Shown: piece by piece, positions 26,118 to 34,423 of the stretch
How positions within the stretch are numbered: position 1 is the stretch's first letter
Layout: the number at the start of each line of letters is the position of its first letter
IMG/VR virus record: IMGVR_UViG_3300017716_002541
Span: 1 to 41,984 of that record
From: a virus
Lineage: Duplodnaviria > Caudoviricetes
Reading direction: 5' to 3' (one strand)
Length of the DNA: 41,984 nt
The notes under the pieces: model-generated
The model's input: the letters and a program-made list of their open reading frames with translations, nothing else
Database searches by the model: none
What the model was told of the DNA's origin: nothing
Program-made: the position numbers and the translations under genes

Positions 26118-26557
26118 CACGCCCCCGCCCGGTATCTGGCGAAGTGCGCGGCGGCGGTATCGTAGGCGTCCTTGCCAATCGACGCCCACCAGGCCCGCTC
26201 GTTGGTCCGGTGCTGACCATGGATGTGGTGGCCCTCGCAAATCGCGTTGGCGTGGCGGTCGTGATTTTTCCGCCCCATGCCGGGGTTCACGGACCCCTTG
26301 GCCACGTCGGAGAAGCGGATGTGCGCCGCCTGTATCGGGCCACTACAGCCGCCCATGTGCCGGGCGTCGCAGGGCTGGCGCCGGAGGTAGGCGAGGAAGC
26401 CGCTGTCGGTCTCCCTCGGCTGCCTCTGCCCCTCTCCTGACGGCCGGAACGCCCTATCCCGCTTGAACTGCGGCCCGATGCTGATCACCGGCTTCAGGGC
26501 GCGCTTCTGGGCCTTTAACGCCGCGATCTGGCGGTCGATGTCGGGGATGCTGCTCAT
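26117..26557 (-). CDS. DUF968/Ref-like HNH-type nuclease
   Basis: FLAYLRRQPC...AAHIR...GMGRK..D...ICEGHH..QH..NERAWW. Confidence 0.7.
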   Translation of the reverse strand: MSSIPDIDRQIAALKAQKRALKPVISIGPQFKRDRAFRPSGEGQRQPRETDSGFLAYLRRQPCDARHMGGCSGPIQAAHIRFSDVAKGSVNPGMGRKNHDRHANAICEGHHIHGQHRTNERAWWASIGKDAYDTAAAHFARYRAGA

Positions 26558-27021
26558 CGCGGCCCCTCCAGCAGCATCGGGGGCATCTGCCCGTCGCGGT
26601 AGGCCTGCTCGATGCGGGGCTGCATGCTCTCGCTGACGGTCGAACCGTCCGGCAGCATCGTGTGTGCCAGGAACTCGTCTTCGATCGTCGTGATGCCCGC
26701 GGTGACCGCCTCCAGCTTCGCCTTGATAACGAGCGCCAGAGCGCGCCACCGCTGGCGGCCGGCCTGCTCCCACGCCTTCTCGGCCTCGGCCGGTGACCGA
26801 AGCTGGCCCTTCGCGGAGGTGTGCGTGAACTCCCTCGCCTTCGGGTCCGGCATGGGCAGGACGAACTTGATCCGGCGCCCGGCGAGCTCGAAGAAGATCA
26901 TCGCGCCGGTCGGGTTGGTCGCGTACCCGAACGACGACGCCTTGTAGCGCCGAAGGATGGTCTCGATCTCGGCCCGGCTCTTCTCGACCGAGACGCTGGT
27001 TTCGGAGGCGTACCGGGTCAC
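26554..27021 (-). CDS. conserved phage hypothetical protein
   Basis: YASETSVSVEKSRAEIE...QRWRALALVIKAKLEAV. Confidence 0.75.
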   Translation of the reverse strand: MTRYASETSVSVEKSRAEIETILRRYKASSFGYATNPTGAMIFFELAGRRIKFVLPMPDPKAREFTHTSAKGQLRSPAEAEKAWEQAGRQRWRALALVIKAKLEAVTAGITTIEDEFLAHTMLPDGSTVSESMQPRIEQAYRDGQMPPMLLEGPR

Positions 27022-28058
27022 GACAGCTCCTTCCGGCGCCGGGTGATGGCCTTGTTCAGGTCCATCGCCAGCTGGGGCTGGTCGCGCTCCAGATCGCCGA
27101 ACATCTCCTGATCGGACGGGTTGGCCAGCAGGTGGTCCAACTGCTCCAGCGACAGGCCGTCCATGTCTTCGATCAGGCGGCGCTGCCACACGATGACCGG
27201 GTCTTCGGTCTTCACCACCTCGACAGCATCGCCCGGGAAGCCATCGGCCCCGACCGTCGCCGCGTCGTCGGCAGCAGTGGTCGGGGCCTCATCCGACGCC
27301 GGGGGAGCGGCGTCGAAGTCGGGAATGTGGTCTTCAGGGTCGAGGGCGTTGTGGACGGTGAAGCCCTCGGTTGGCTCTCCGGTCGGCGCGGCGAGGCGTT
27401 CGGCCAGGTTCGGAGCCTCGCGCTGCGTCACGTCACGGACGCCGAAGGCCTGCCCCTCGACCTCCTCGGCGGCATATTCGTTGCCGATCTCCTCCGGGAA
27501 GGCGCGGCGCAAGGCAGCGGCCTCGGCGCACTTCTCCAGCTGGCCGCGGGGGCGCTTGGCCCACATGGCGTTGGGCGCCTTCGTATCCCGTTTCTTCGTC
27601 GCGTAGGTCTCGATCCAGAAGGTCTTGGGACCGACGAAGGCGACCTTCTGGCCGGCCACCAGCCGATAGACGGTGCATTGCGCCCACTCGGGATAGCGGA
27701 TCACGGCGCCGCCGAGGTCTTCCTCGATCATCGGGCCGTATTCGGTGTCCTCGAACCCGGCGAACGAGCCGGTCCGCATGGCCGTTGTTCTCAGTTCCGC
27801 AATGCCAGGCCAGACGGTGTCGACCATCCCGCCGCGCTTGGAGTCGTAGATCGGGACGATCTGGACGGGCTTCTTGAAGATGTCGAGGTTGCGCGCCCGG
27901 CAGTACGCCAGCGCCATGACGATGCTGTCCGGCGAGGCGGCGGCGGGGAAGACGGCCTCAACGAGGACCTTCCAGCCGCTCTTGTCGATGCCGAAGCGCT
28001 CCTCAACGACCGGGTGGAACGGGAGGCGCGGGGCCTGAAATTGGACGACGGCGTTCAT
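27018..28058 (-). CDS. bet: Redbeta-family single-strand annealing protein
   Basis: YCRARNLDIFKKPVQIVP, GIAELRTTAMRTG, MWAKRPRGQLEKCAEAAALRRAFPEE. Confidence 0.9.
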   Translation of the reverse strand: MNAVVQFQAPRLPFHPVVEERFGIDKSGWKVLVEAVFPAAASPDSIVMALAYCRARNLDIFKKPVQIVPIYDSKRGGMVDTVWPGIAELRTTAMRTGSFAGFEDTEYGPMIEEDLGGAVIRYPEWAQCTVYRLVAGQKVAFVGPKTFWIETYATKKRDTKAPNAMWAKRPRGQLEKCAEAAALRRAFPEEIGNEYAAEEVEGQAFGVRDVTQREAPNLAERLAAPTGEPTEGFTVHNALDPEDHIPDFDAAPPASDEAPTTAADDAATVGADGFPGDAVEVVKTEDPVIVWQRRLIEDMDGLSLEQLDHLLANPSDQEMFGDLERDQPQLAMDLNKAITRRRKELS

Positions 28059-28060
28059 GT

Positions 28061-29011
28061 TTACGCGGCTTTCGGTTGACGGTTGTTATCGTTGGCCTCT
28101 GCCGCTTGCAGCTCGAGCTCGGTGTCGATGCGCTTGGCGGCGTAGGCAGGAAGGGAGAGGTAGCTGGCGTCAGCACCGCCCGGCCCCGGCCAGATGCCGG
28201 TGTCGATGCAGCGGGCCATGGTGCGGAGTGCGGCGCGGACCTGGAGCCTGCCCCTCTCAATGTCGTCGGGGGTCAGCTGGGTGACGCGGACGCAGAAGGG
28301 CTCGGCCTTCTCGACCCAGACCAGCGCGAAGGCTTCCATGGTCAGGCCGAGGACGGCTTCCAGCCCCATGCCGACGACGGCCGCTTGAACGTTGTAGCCA
28401 TAGCTGGCCAGCGACTTGGCGAGCGCATCGTCAGTCACCGACACCGTCGTCTTGAGGTCCGCGACCACGCCCGACCCGTTCGGGATCACGTCCGGGCGGC
28501 TCTTGATCCAGATGCCGGTCTCCGCGTCCTTCCAGATCAGGAACCGCTCAACCTTGCCGTCGAGGATGCCCGCCTTCACCAGCGGGTGACGGGCGAGGCT
28601 TTCGGCCATGCCGGTCACCGCGTCCAGATCGTCCTGGGTGATGACCGTGCGGCCGGCGAGCGTCTGTTCGTCACGCCAGACCTTGGCCTCCTTGGTGCGC
28701 CAGTCCGACCAGCAGTCCGGGCGGGTGACGAACTCCTTCTCCAGCCCATCCCGACCTTCCAGCAGCAGCCGGTGAGCGAGGCGGCCCAGCGAGAAGGCGG
28801 GGCTGTCCTCAGGCGGGGCTGCGGCCGGGTTGAGGCTCGACCGGGCATAGAAGTGAGCCGGGCTTTCGGCCCAGATCGTGCGGAGGCCGCTGGACGACAC
28901 CGAGGGGCCGTCCGTGATCTGGGTGTGATACCGATCAAGCGAGAGGTTCCAGACACCGGCCTCGGTGATCTTCTGGCCCTCGGGGAGGTGGCGGGGGTTG
29001 GCGAGGCTCAT
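28061..29011 (-). CDS. RecE/exonuclease VIII-like PD-(D/E)XK nuclease
   Basis: SVSSSGLR, LGRLAH, KSRPD, ADLKT, YNVQAA; adjacent to bet. Confidence 0.88.
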   Translation of the reverse strand: MSLANPRHLPEGQKITEAGVWNLSLDRYHTQITDGPSVSSSGLRTIWAESPAHFYARSSLNPAAAPPEDSPAFSLGRLAHRLLLEGRDGLEKEFVTRPDCWSDWRTKEAKVWRDEQTLAGRTVITQDDLDAVTGMAESLARHPLVKAGILDGKVERFLIWKDAETGIWIKSRPDVIPNGSGVVADLKTTVSVTDDALAKSLASYGYNVQAAVVGMGLEAVLGLTMEAFALVWVEKAEPFCVRVTQLTPDDIERGRLQVRAALRTMARCIDTGIWPGPGGADASYLSLPAYAAKRIDTELELQAAEANDNNRQPKAA

Positions 29012-29088
29012 GGCCGTCTCCGGAGTGGAATGTAGGCGATCACGCAGCAGCCGATCGCGATGGCGAGGAACGAGAGACCGAGGCCCAT
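29008..29088 (-). CDS. small membrane peptide (26 aa)
   Basis: MGLGLSFLAIAIGCCVIAYIPLRRRP; exactly fills the gap, with overlapping start and stop. Confidence 0.45.
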   Translation of the reverse strand: MGLGLSFLAIAIGCCVIAYIPLRRRP

Positions 29089-29306
29089 CAGGCGGGACAG
29101 GCGGGGATGGCGAAGGGGTCAGGACGAGCCACGCGGGGCCGGTATTCCCGGTGCGCGATGATCTCGACCCGCTCCAGGATCAGCCCGTCATGACGGCAGG
29201 CGTTGTCCCGGACCCAAGCCTTGCCGGCCTCACGGTCGCCGAAGGTGAAGAGGACCCGGCCAGTCCCGTTGACGGCCTGAAAATCAGTTCTCACGACGCG
29301 GGCCAT
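29088..29306 (-). CDS. hypothetical protein
   Basis: 72 aa, coupled by TGATG overlaps. Confidence 0.6.
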   Translation of the reverse strand: MARVVRTDFQAVNGTGRVLFTFGDREAGKAWVRDNACRHDGLILERVEIIAHREYRPRVARPDPFAIPACPA

Positions 29307-29512
29307 CAGGCGGCCCTCGGCCGGCCGCCGCCGTGGCTGGCTTCACCGCCCTTGCGTCCCGCTGAGGCCGCGAGGTCACGGTTCTGGCTGAAGGAACGCT
29401 TGTCGGCGGCAACGGAAGCCCCACCCTTGGCAGCGATCTCGCGGCGGCGTTCCAGCGAGAGGCTGGCGAACCCGCGCAGATGGACGCGGTTCGGTTTGAC
29501 GGTATCGGTCAT
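29306..29512 (-). CDS. KGG-repeat general stress protein (YciG/Con-10-like)
   Basis: RGFASLSLERRREIAAKGG...SFSQNRDLAASAGRKGG. Confidence 0.85.
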   Translation of the reverse strand: MTDTVKPNRVHLRGFASLSLERRREIAAKGGASVAADKRSFSQNRDLAASAGRKGGEASHGGGRPRAA

Positions 29513-29515
29513 GGG

Positions 29516-29596
29516 TCAGCTCCAGTTGATCAGCAGGAAGAGGGGCGGCCCGACGATCAGGGCTGCGGTGAGGTAGTGGCGGAGAAGCCGGGTCAT
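29516..29596 (-). CDS. small membrane peptide (26 aa)
   Basis: MTRLLRHYLTAALIVGPPLFLLINWS; ATGA overlap. Confidence 0.45.
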   Translation of the reverse strand: MTRLLRHYLTAALIVGPPLFLLINWS

Positions 29597-29919
29597 GCGG
29601 CCACCGCCACGGCGCACGGAGGAAGCGGGTCGTTCCGCTCGGCCTCCCGGATGGCACGAACAAGATCACACACCATCGCGAGGTCCGTCTCGACCAGCTC
29701 CTCGTGGGTCGTCGCGAGGACGCCCTCGATCTGGAACCGGAGGGCCTCACGGGCGAGGACGGGGTTCTGCCGGCGCCCGGTGTGGACCGAGACGATGGTC
29801 CGGCCCTCGACCCGATAGCGAGGCCCCCTGCCCTCTTCGTTGGCGGCGACCTGGCGGAGGACAGACGGCATGATCTTGGCGATGTGCTGCATGCCGGAAA
29901 GCGGGCTGGAGCCGTCCAT
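29593..29919 (-). CDS. hypothetical protein
   Basis: Coupled ORF in the leftward operon; ends AVAVAA. Confidence 0.6.
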   Translation of the reverse strand: MDGSSPLSGMQHIAKIMPSVLRQVAANEEGRGPRYRVEGRTIVSVHTGRRQNPVLAREALRFQIEGVLATTHEELVETDLAMVCDLVRAIREAERNDPLPPCAVAVAA

Positions 29920-30116
29920 CAGGCAGCCCTCTCGCGCACGATCTCGGACAGGGCGATCAGCGCATCCGCAGCGGCGGAGCGGGCGTTGTCCTTGGCGTCA
30001 CACGCGGCTTCCGGAGTGTCGTGTTCGGAGACCGTCTCGTAGTCGCCGTTCGGGTAGACGATGACCACGCGGTAGATGCGCTCAACGCCCGGCCAGATCA
30101 GCAGCTCGCCCATCAC
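29919..30116 (-). CDS. hypothetical protein
   Basis: 65 aa coupled ORF with GGAGG RBS. Confidence 0.6.
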   Translation of the reverse strand: MMGELLIWPGVERIYRVVIVYPNGDYETVSEHDTPEAACDAKDNARSAAADALIALSEIVRERAA

Positions 30117-30448
30117 GCCGCCTCCGCCAGAGCCGCCACCTGAGCGGTGCGGGTGCCGTCAGTGGCGAAGCCCCGCGCGGACAGCTCGGCCCAGATGCGA
30201 GCGTGAAGGTCCGACGCGCGTCCCGAGCAAGCGAATGTCTCAAGGTCTTTCAGGTCGCGGTCGGACAGAGCGGTCAGGTCGGCGGGCGCGGTCTCGATTG
30301 CGATGGCGGCGTAGTGCTCGCCCAGAAGCCCGCCGTCGAAGATGTAGGGACGACCGGCCAGCATTCGGACGCCCGGCTCATTCCCGGTGCGCGGGGCAAG
30401 GCGCGGGTTGGTCCAGATTGCGGCGGTGGCGTTGGTGGCGGTGGACAT
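30113..30448 (-). CDS. hypothetical protein, first gene of the PL operon
   Basis: GGAG RBS, directly downstream of the PL/operator region. Confidence 0.65.
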   Translation of the reverse strand: MSTATNATAAIWTNPRLAPRTGNEPGVRMLAGRPYIFDGGLLGEHYAAIAIETAPADLTALSDRDLKDLETFACSGRASDLHARIWAELSARGFATDGTRTAQVAALAEAA

Positions 30449-30471
30449 GGCGGGTCTCCGTGTGTGTGGAG

Positions 30472-30513
30472 ACTGTGCATTCCTGCACGGGCCGTGTCAA
30501 TGCACAAATGCAC
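30472..30513 (-). promoter_or_regulatory. PL promoter with two repressor operators
   Basis: GTGCATTCCTGCAC (30475-30488) and ATGCACAAATGCAC (30500-30513); minus-strand TTGACA at 30500-30495. Confidence 0.8.
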
Positions 30514-30563
30514 GGTCCACGGCGAACGGCTGGTGGTAGCCTGATCGCTGATCGGAGGGAGCG

Positions 30564-31340
30564 ATGACCCAGCTAGCGATGGACCACTTCGTTACGGCCC
30601 GAGCCGGGTTCCGGCGTCGGCTGTCCGCGTCGCGCGCCGAGCGCCTTGGTCGGCCAATCAAGGGCCACGAATTTGACGACCATGGAATGCTGATCGAGGT
30701 CGACGGACCACCCGCCCCTCCGATGGCTTTCCACCTCGTGTACTCGGACGCGCAGAACCAGTTGAGCGGCCGCTGCGTCACGCTCCAGTCCATCAAGGAA
30801 GAGATCGCCGACCTTCGACTCTGGGCATACTGTCACATGAGGTTGGCGGTCAGAGCGTTCATCGCGTCGCGCGTGGTCGAAGCGACCGACCTCTCAACGG
30901 GCGAGGTTCACGAGGACGGCCTGTCGTTCTTCCGAAACCACCCGATGCTCAGGCCGATGACAGCCGAGGGCATCGCGGCCATGTCGCCCGAGCTGATCGC
31001 ACTCCAGGAATGCCGGGACGAGATAATCGTCTTGAGCTTCGTCGGAGCGTCGGACGGGGATTTCGATGAGGAAGAGCAGGAGCAAATCGTCCGGCACGTC
31101 ATGATCCGCACCGACGAGCCCTTGAACGAGACGGTCATCCGGCAACGCGTTCGGTCGTGGGCACCTGACGAACGATCGTTTGAGCGCGCCCTAAACCGGC
31201 TCTGCGCCGGCGAGGGCAACGCCACCGAGCTCATGCGTTCGATTTGCCGTGTGATCGACGCTGACGGTGAGATTGACCCCGAGGAAGTCGCGTTCGCCAG
31301 CGAGGTTCAGGCTCGACTAGCGGCCGCTGGACGACTGTGA
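30564..31340 (+). CDS. WYL-like + TerB-like domain protein (moron)
   Basis: LVYSDAQNQLSGRCV...AYCHMRLAVRAFIASRV (WYL-like); ASDGDFDEEE and ADGEIDPEE (TerB-like); GGAGG RBS. Confidence 0.7.
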   Translation: MTQLAMDHFVTARAGFRRRLSASRAERLGRPIKGHEFDDHGMLIEVDGPPAPPMAFHLVYSDAQNQLSGRCVTLQSIKEEIADLRLWAYCHMRLAVRAFIASRVVEATDLSTGEVHEDGLSFFRNHPMLRPMTAEGIAAMSPELIALQECRDEIIVLSFVGASDGDFDEEEQEQIVRHVMIRTDEPLNETVIRQRVRSWAPDERSFERALNRLCAGEGNATELMRSICRVIDADGEIDPEEVAFASEVQARLAAAGRL

Positions 31341-31922
31341 GAGGTATCGGGCCAGAAACTCTGCATCGAGCTTCGCGAAGGCCTCCGTTCGCCACTGATT
31401 GATAGCGGCAGCAGTGCTCTGCCCGCGAGCGGCGTCTGTGGTCAGACCCCCATCGACACGGGTTGTGTGGCTGAGGACGTAGGACCGCTCGACCTGTCCG
31501 CCGCGCTCGACTTCGAGAAGCACGGATCCTGACGCGACGAACGTCCGAGTTCGCAAAGAGCCAGCGATGCCGCCCACGATAGGAAAGAGATCGCTCCCGC
31601 CGCGCTCGACGGTCACCTCTGCGTTCAGAACGGACGCCCGCACCGTAGGCTCGCCGCTTCCCGACAACCGTGCCGCGAGGTGAGCCTGCAGACCGTCTGC
31701 AATCGCCTCGCTGAATCGGGGCGAGTAGAGCTCAGATACATCGGCTGACACTGTGGTCGGTGATCTACGCGGCGTTTCGCCGGCGGTGTTCACCACGACG
31801 AACGAGCTCGCGATGATCGGGGCGGCCGTTGGCTGATATGTCGACACCGGAATTGCCCGAGGAGCGGCCGTCGCGCATCCGCTCAACGCCAGTAGCAATG
31901 CTGCAGCGATTGCCTTGTTCAT
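31317..31922 (-). CDS. lipoprotein translationally coupled to cI
   Basis: MNKAIAAALLLALSGC lipobox; TGATG overlap with the cI stop. Confidence 0.75.
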   Translation of the reverse strand: MNKAIAAALLLALSGCATAAPRAIPVSTYQPTAAPIIASSFVVVNTAGETPRRSPTTVSADVSELYSPRFSEAIADGLQAHLAARLSGSGEPTVRASVLNAEVTVERGGSDLFPIVGGIAGSLRTRTFVASGSVLLEVERGGQVERSYVLSHTTRVDGGLTTDAARGQSTAAAINQWRTEAFAKLDAEFLARYLSQSSSGR

Positions 31923-32602
31923 CAAAATCTCCTGATCGCCGCGAGCAACAGCCCTGTGATCTGGACCTCAACGTCTCCGCCCGCGCCATCGTCCAGCTGC
32001 ACGGCTTCTGCCCAGCGCGGGTTGGTAGAACGAGGCCAAAGGGTCAGGCCGCCGTCAGTGACCTCGACTTCCTTGAGTGTGATCTCCCGGAGTGCGCCGC
32101 CGTCCCGGTAGCGCGTCACCTCGACGATCATCCCGGTGTTCAGGTTTATGCCCGCCTCTCCCAGGTCAACGATGTGCGCCAGGTCGCCGGGGAATATCTG
32201 GCGCGCGTTCATCGAGTCGCCGCGGACTTCGCGGAGCCACTGGCGGGCGTGGGGGTATCGCCGGTCGAGCGCGGCGGTGAGGAAAGTAGGTTCGTCCTGC
32301 GCAGTATCGTCGATCAACAGCCATGCCCCCGCCTGAACGGGACCGATAAGGGGCAGCTCCGTCGTTTCTGGACGTAGGGCGGCCATGGTGGCCAGTGCTG
32401 TAGGGACGGCGACGCCGGCGGCCATGGCGATCTTCTGGAGCGTCGCGGCCTTGGGCGTGAAGGGGAATGTCGGGTCGTTGAGCGGGCGGGTGATCGTCGT
32501 CGGCGCCACGCCGGCTTTCTTGGCCAAGGCGTAGGGTTTCAGTCCCGAGACGCGAAGCGCCTCAGTCAAAAAAGCCCGCGCCAGATCTCCGGTTTCGACC
32601 AT
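31922..32602 (-). CDS. cI: CI-like repressor (HTH + S24 peptidase)
   Basis: ALAKKAGVAPTTITR HTH; VQAG cleavage site, VRGDSM serine, TLK lysine. Confidence 0.92.
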   Translation of the reverse strand: MVETGDLARAFLTEALRVSGLKPYALAKKAGVAPTTITRPLNDPTFPFTPKAATLQKIAMAAGVAVPTALATMAALRPETTELPLIGPVQAGAWLLIDDTAQDEPTFLTAALDRRYPHARQWLREVRGDSMNARQIFPGDLAHIVDLGEAGINLNTGMIVEVTRYRDGGALREITLKEVEVTDGGLTLWPRSTNPRWAEAVQLDDGAGGDVEVQITGLLLAAIRRF

Positions 32603-32686
32603 GGCCGGATAATGCACAGAAGCCTGATCAGCGGGTCGTGCATTTGCGCATTGACTAACCGTGCATTCCTGCACATTCTCTCGGCC
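32603..32686. promoter_or_regulatory. divergent PRM/PR switch with operators
   Basis: GTGCATTTGCGCAT (32638-32651) and GTGCATTCCTGCAC (32661-32674); PR TTGACT-N17-CATTCT; minus-strand CATTAT 6 nt before the cI ATG. Confidence 0.8.
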
Positions 32687-32911
32687 ATGCAACAGGTCGC
32701 CCCCGAAGTCATCGCCCTCGAAAAGGACGCCAACGACCACGGCGTCGTCATGGCCCATGTGCTGGCCGCTGCCGAGGTGGTTCCGTCGACGTGGTTCCGC
32801 TGGCGAAACAAGGGCATCGAGCCGCGCATGGCGACCTTCAGAAAGGTGCGTCATGAGCTCGACCGCCTGATCGCCGCCAACGACGCCATCGCCCAGGAGC
32901 GCGCGGCGTGA
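32687..32911 (+). CDS. cro: Cro-like HTH regulator
   Basis: Divergent from cI; VLAAAEVVPSTWFRWRNKGIEP HTH. Confidence 0.8.
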   Translation: MQQVAPEVIALEKDANDHGVVMAHVLAAAEVVPSTWFRWRNKGIEPRMATFRKVRHELDRLIAANDAIAQERAA

Positions 32912-33168
32912 CCGAGGCCGAGGTCCGCAGGATTGTCCGGGAAGAGATCGCCGCGTGGGACGGGCGGATCGGGAAAAGCGTGCTGGCTGCGGTCAGGAGC
33001 TCTGCCGATTTTCACGGACACATCGCTCAAGCAGGTCGAGCCGCGTTTGCCGAGCGTCAAGGTCGGCCGCAAATGGATGCTGAACCCTGCCCGACTCCAG
33101 CGCCTGAAACTCAAGCCGCACCTCGCGGAGCCTGTCTTCCAGCACGTCGGGGTCAATCCGATGAATAG
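32908..33168 (+). CDS. hypothetical protein
   Basis: GTGA overlap with cro; MTEAEVRRIVREEIA. Confidence 0.45.
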   Translation: MTEAEVRRIVREEIAAWDGRIGKSVLAAVRSSADFHGHIAQAGRAAFAERQGRPQMDAEPCPTPAPETQAAPRGACLPARRGQSDE

Positions 33169-33253
33169 CGGCGGCCAAGTCCGTGATGATGAGGTGCAGG
33201 GCTGCGATGTGATCGCCCGTGGCCTTGGCCGGCGCGGCCATGTGGTCGTCCAT
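32993..33253 (-). CDS. antisense hypothetical protein (possible moron)
   Basis: GGAG RBS; amphipathic helical 86 aa sequence. Confidence 0.5.
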   Translation of the reverse strand: MDDHMAAPAKATGDHIAALHLIITDLAAAIHRIDPDVLEDRLREVRLEFQALESGRVQHPFAADLDARQTRLDLLERCVRENRQSS

Positions 33254-33362
33254 TTCAGGTCTCCGGTGGGGTGTGACAGCCGCACCGTTGAGGCCACCGG
33301 CGGGGGCGTCAACCCTCCCCCTCGCGCCTCCGCCGGTGTGCCCCCTCTCACGGAGCCCGCCG

Positions 33363-33578
33363 ATGACTGACAAGTCTCAGGTGATCGCGACGGTCGGCGA
33401 CCTTCTCGCTGTCGGGGCCAAGGCGGGCGCGGCGCGAATCCTCTTCAACGCCTCCCTGATCGCCCAGCGAGAGGCCGCAGAGGGTTTCGACCCGCCGAAG
33501 CCCGTCGTCGGCAAGGCCGCTGAACATCTGAACCCCACGAACGACAACCACGGCCCCGGCCCCTCTTCCACCGCCTGA
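33363..33578 (+). CDS. hypothetical protein
   Basis: GGAG RBS; MTDKSQVIATVGDLL... Confidence 0.5.
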   Translation: MTDKSQVIATVGDLLAVGAKAGAARILFNASLIAQREAAEGFDPPKPVVGKAAEHLNPTNDNHGPGPSSTA

Positions 33579-33636
33579 AACTACGGCCCCGGCCACGGGG
33601 CGTCACCCAAACGATCAACCGGAACGGTTTGCGAAC

Positions 33637-34038
33637 ATGAGCGTCCCCGTCATCAAGGCCATTACCCGCCGCATCCGGCTCCGCATGGGGTCAACCGCCA
33701 ACGCAGCCATGGCGGCCGGCGTCTCACCGGGAGTGTTCTCGCACTATGAGAATGACGACCACCCCGACACCACCATCCCGCTTCACCGCTTCGTCATGGC
33801 GGCCAACGCTGAAGAGCGCGAGGCCCTGATCGAACTGCTGAAGGGGGATGGACTGGCCTCGCGAGCCGACATCGGGACCGAGGCCAGCGAGACGATCGAG
33901 AGCGCGGTCGATATGGGCCGGCTGATCCGCCTCGCCACCGCTGACGGCGTGGTCACCGAGACCGAAGCCCGCCCGATCCGGGCCAAGGCCCTCGAAACCA
34001 TCGCCCAGGCTGGCGACGTTCTGAAGGCGTTGGGCTGA
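33637..34038 (+). CDS. CII-like regulatory protein
   Basis: AAMAAGVSPGVFSHYEN HTH, ADGVVTETE C-terminal motif; position. Confidence 0.6.
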   Translation: MSVPVIKAITRRIRLRMGSTANAAMAAGVSPGVFSHYENDDHPDTTIPLHRFVMAANAEEREALIELLKGDGLASRADIGTEASETIESAVDMGRLIRLATADGVVTETEARPIRAKALETIAQAGDVLKALG

Positions 34039-34418
34039 TGCGCGCCGACTACATCCGCACATCACAGCGCGGCAGCCAGTACGAGCCGCACGAGGACACG
34101 CTGATCTGCCGAATGGTCGCCGGCCAGCGCGCGTTGCAGGACATCGCCGCGGCGTTAGAGCGGTCTGAAAAGAGCGTTCAGCAGCGCATCCACGTCCTTC
34201 GCAAGGCGGGCGACATCGCGGGCTACTCGCCCCGCCGGAAAGTTCTCGAGGTCGAGCAGTCGGTAAGCCTGACGCCGCCTCTCGAACTGCGGCTCGACGA
34301 TGATCTGGTCCGCACTGTGCGCCGCCTGGGCGGGTTCCCCCGCGCCGAAGTCGTCGGAGGCCGGACCTTCTGGCTGACCCACGACAATCGTCAATGGCAG
34401 TACGGGGTGGCGGCGTGA
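34038..34418 (+). CDS. HTH protein with GcrA-like N-terminal domain
   Basis: DIAAALERSEKSVQQRIHVLR. Confidence 0.5.
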   Translation: MRADYIRTSQRGSQYEPHEDTLICRMVAGQRALQDIAAALERSEKSVQQRIHVLRKAGDIAGYSPRRKVLEVEQSVSLTPPLELRLDDDLVRTVRRLGGFPRAEVVGGRTFWLTHDNRQWQYGVAA

Positions 34419-34423
34419 GTGAG

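Noticed and set aside
31922-32854. 310-aa version of the repressor ORF
   Set aside because: The extension overlaps cro and the operators; the HTH begins shortly after the ATG at 32602
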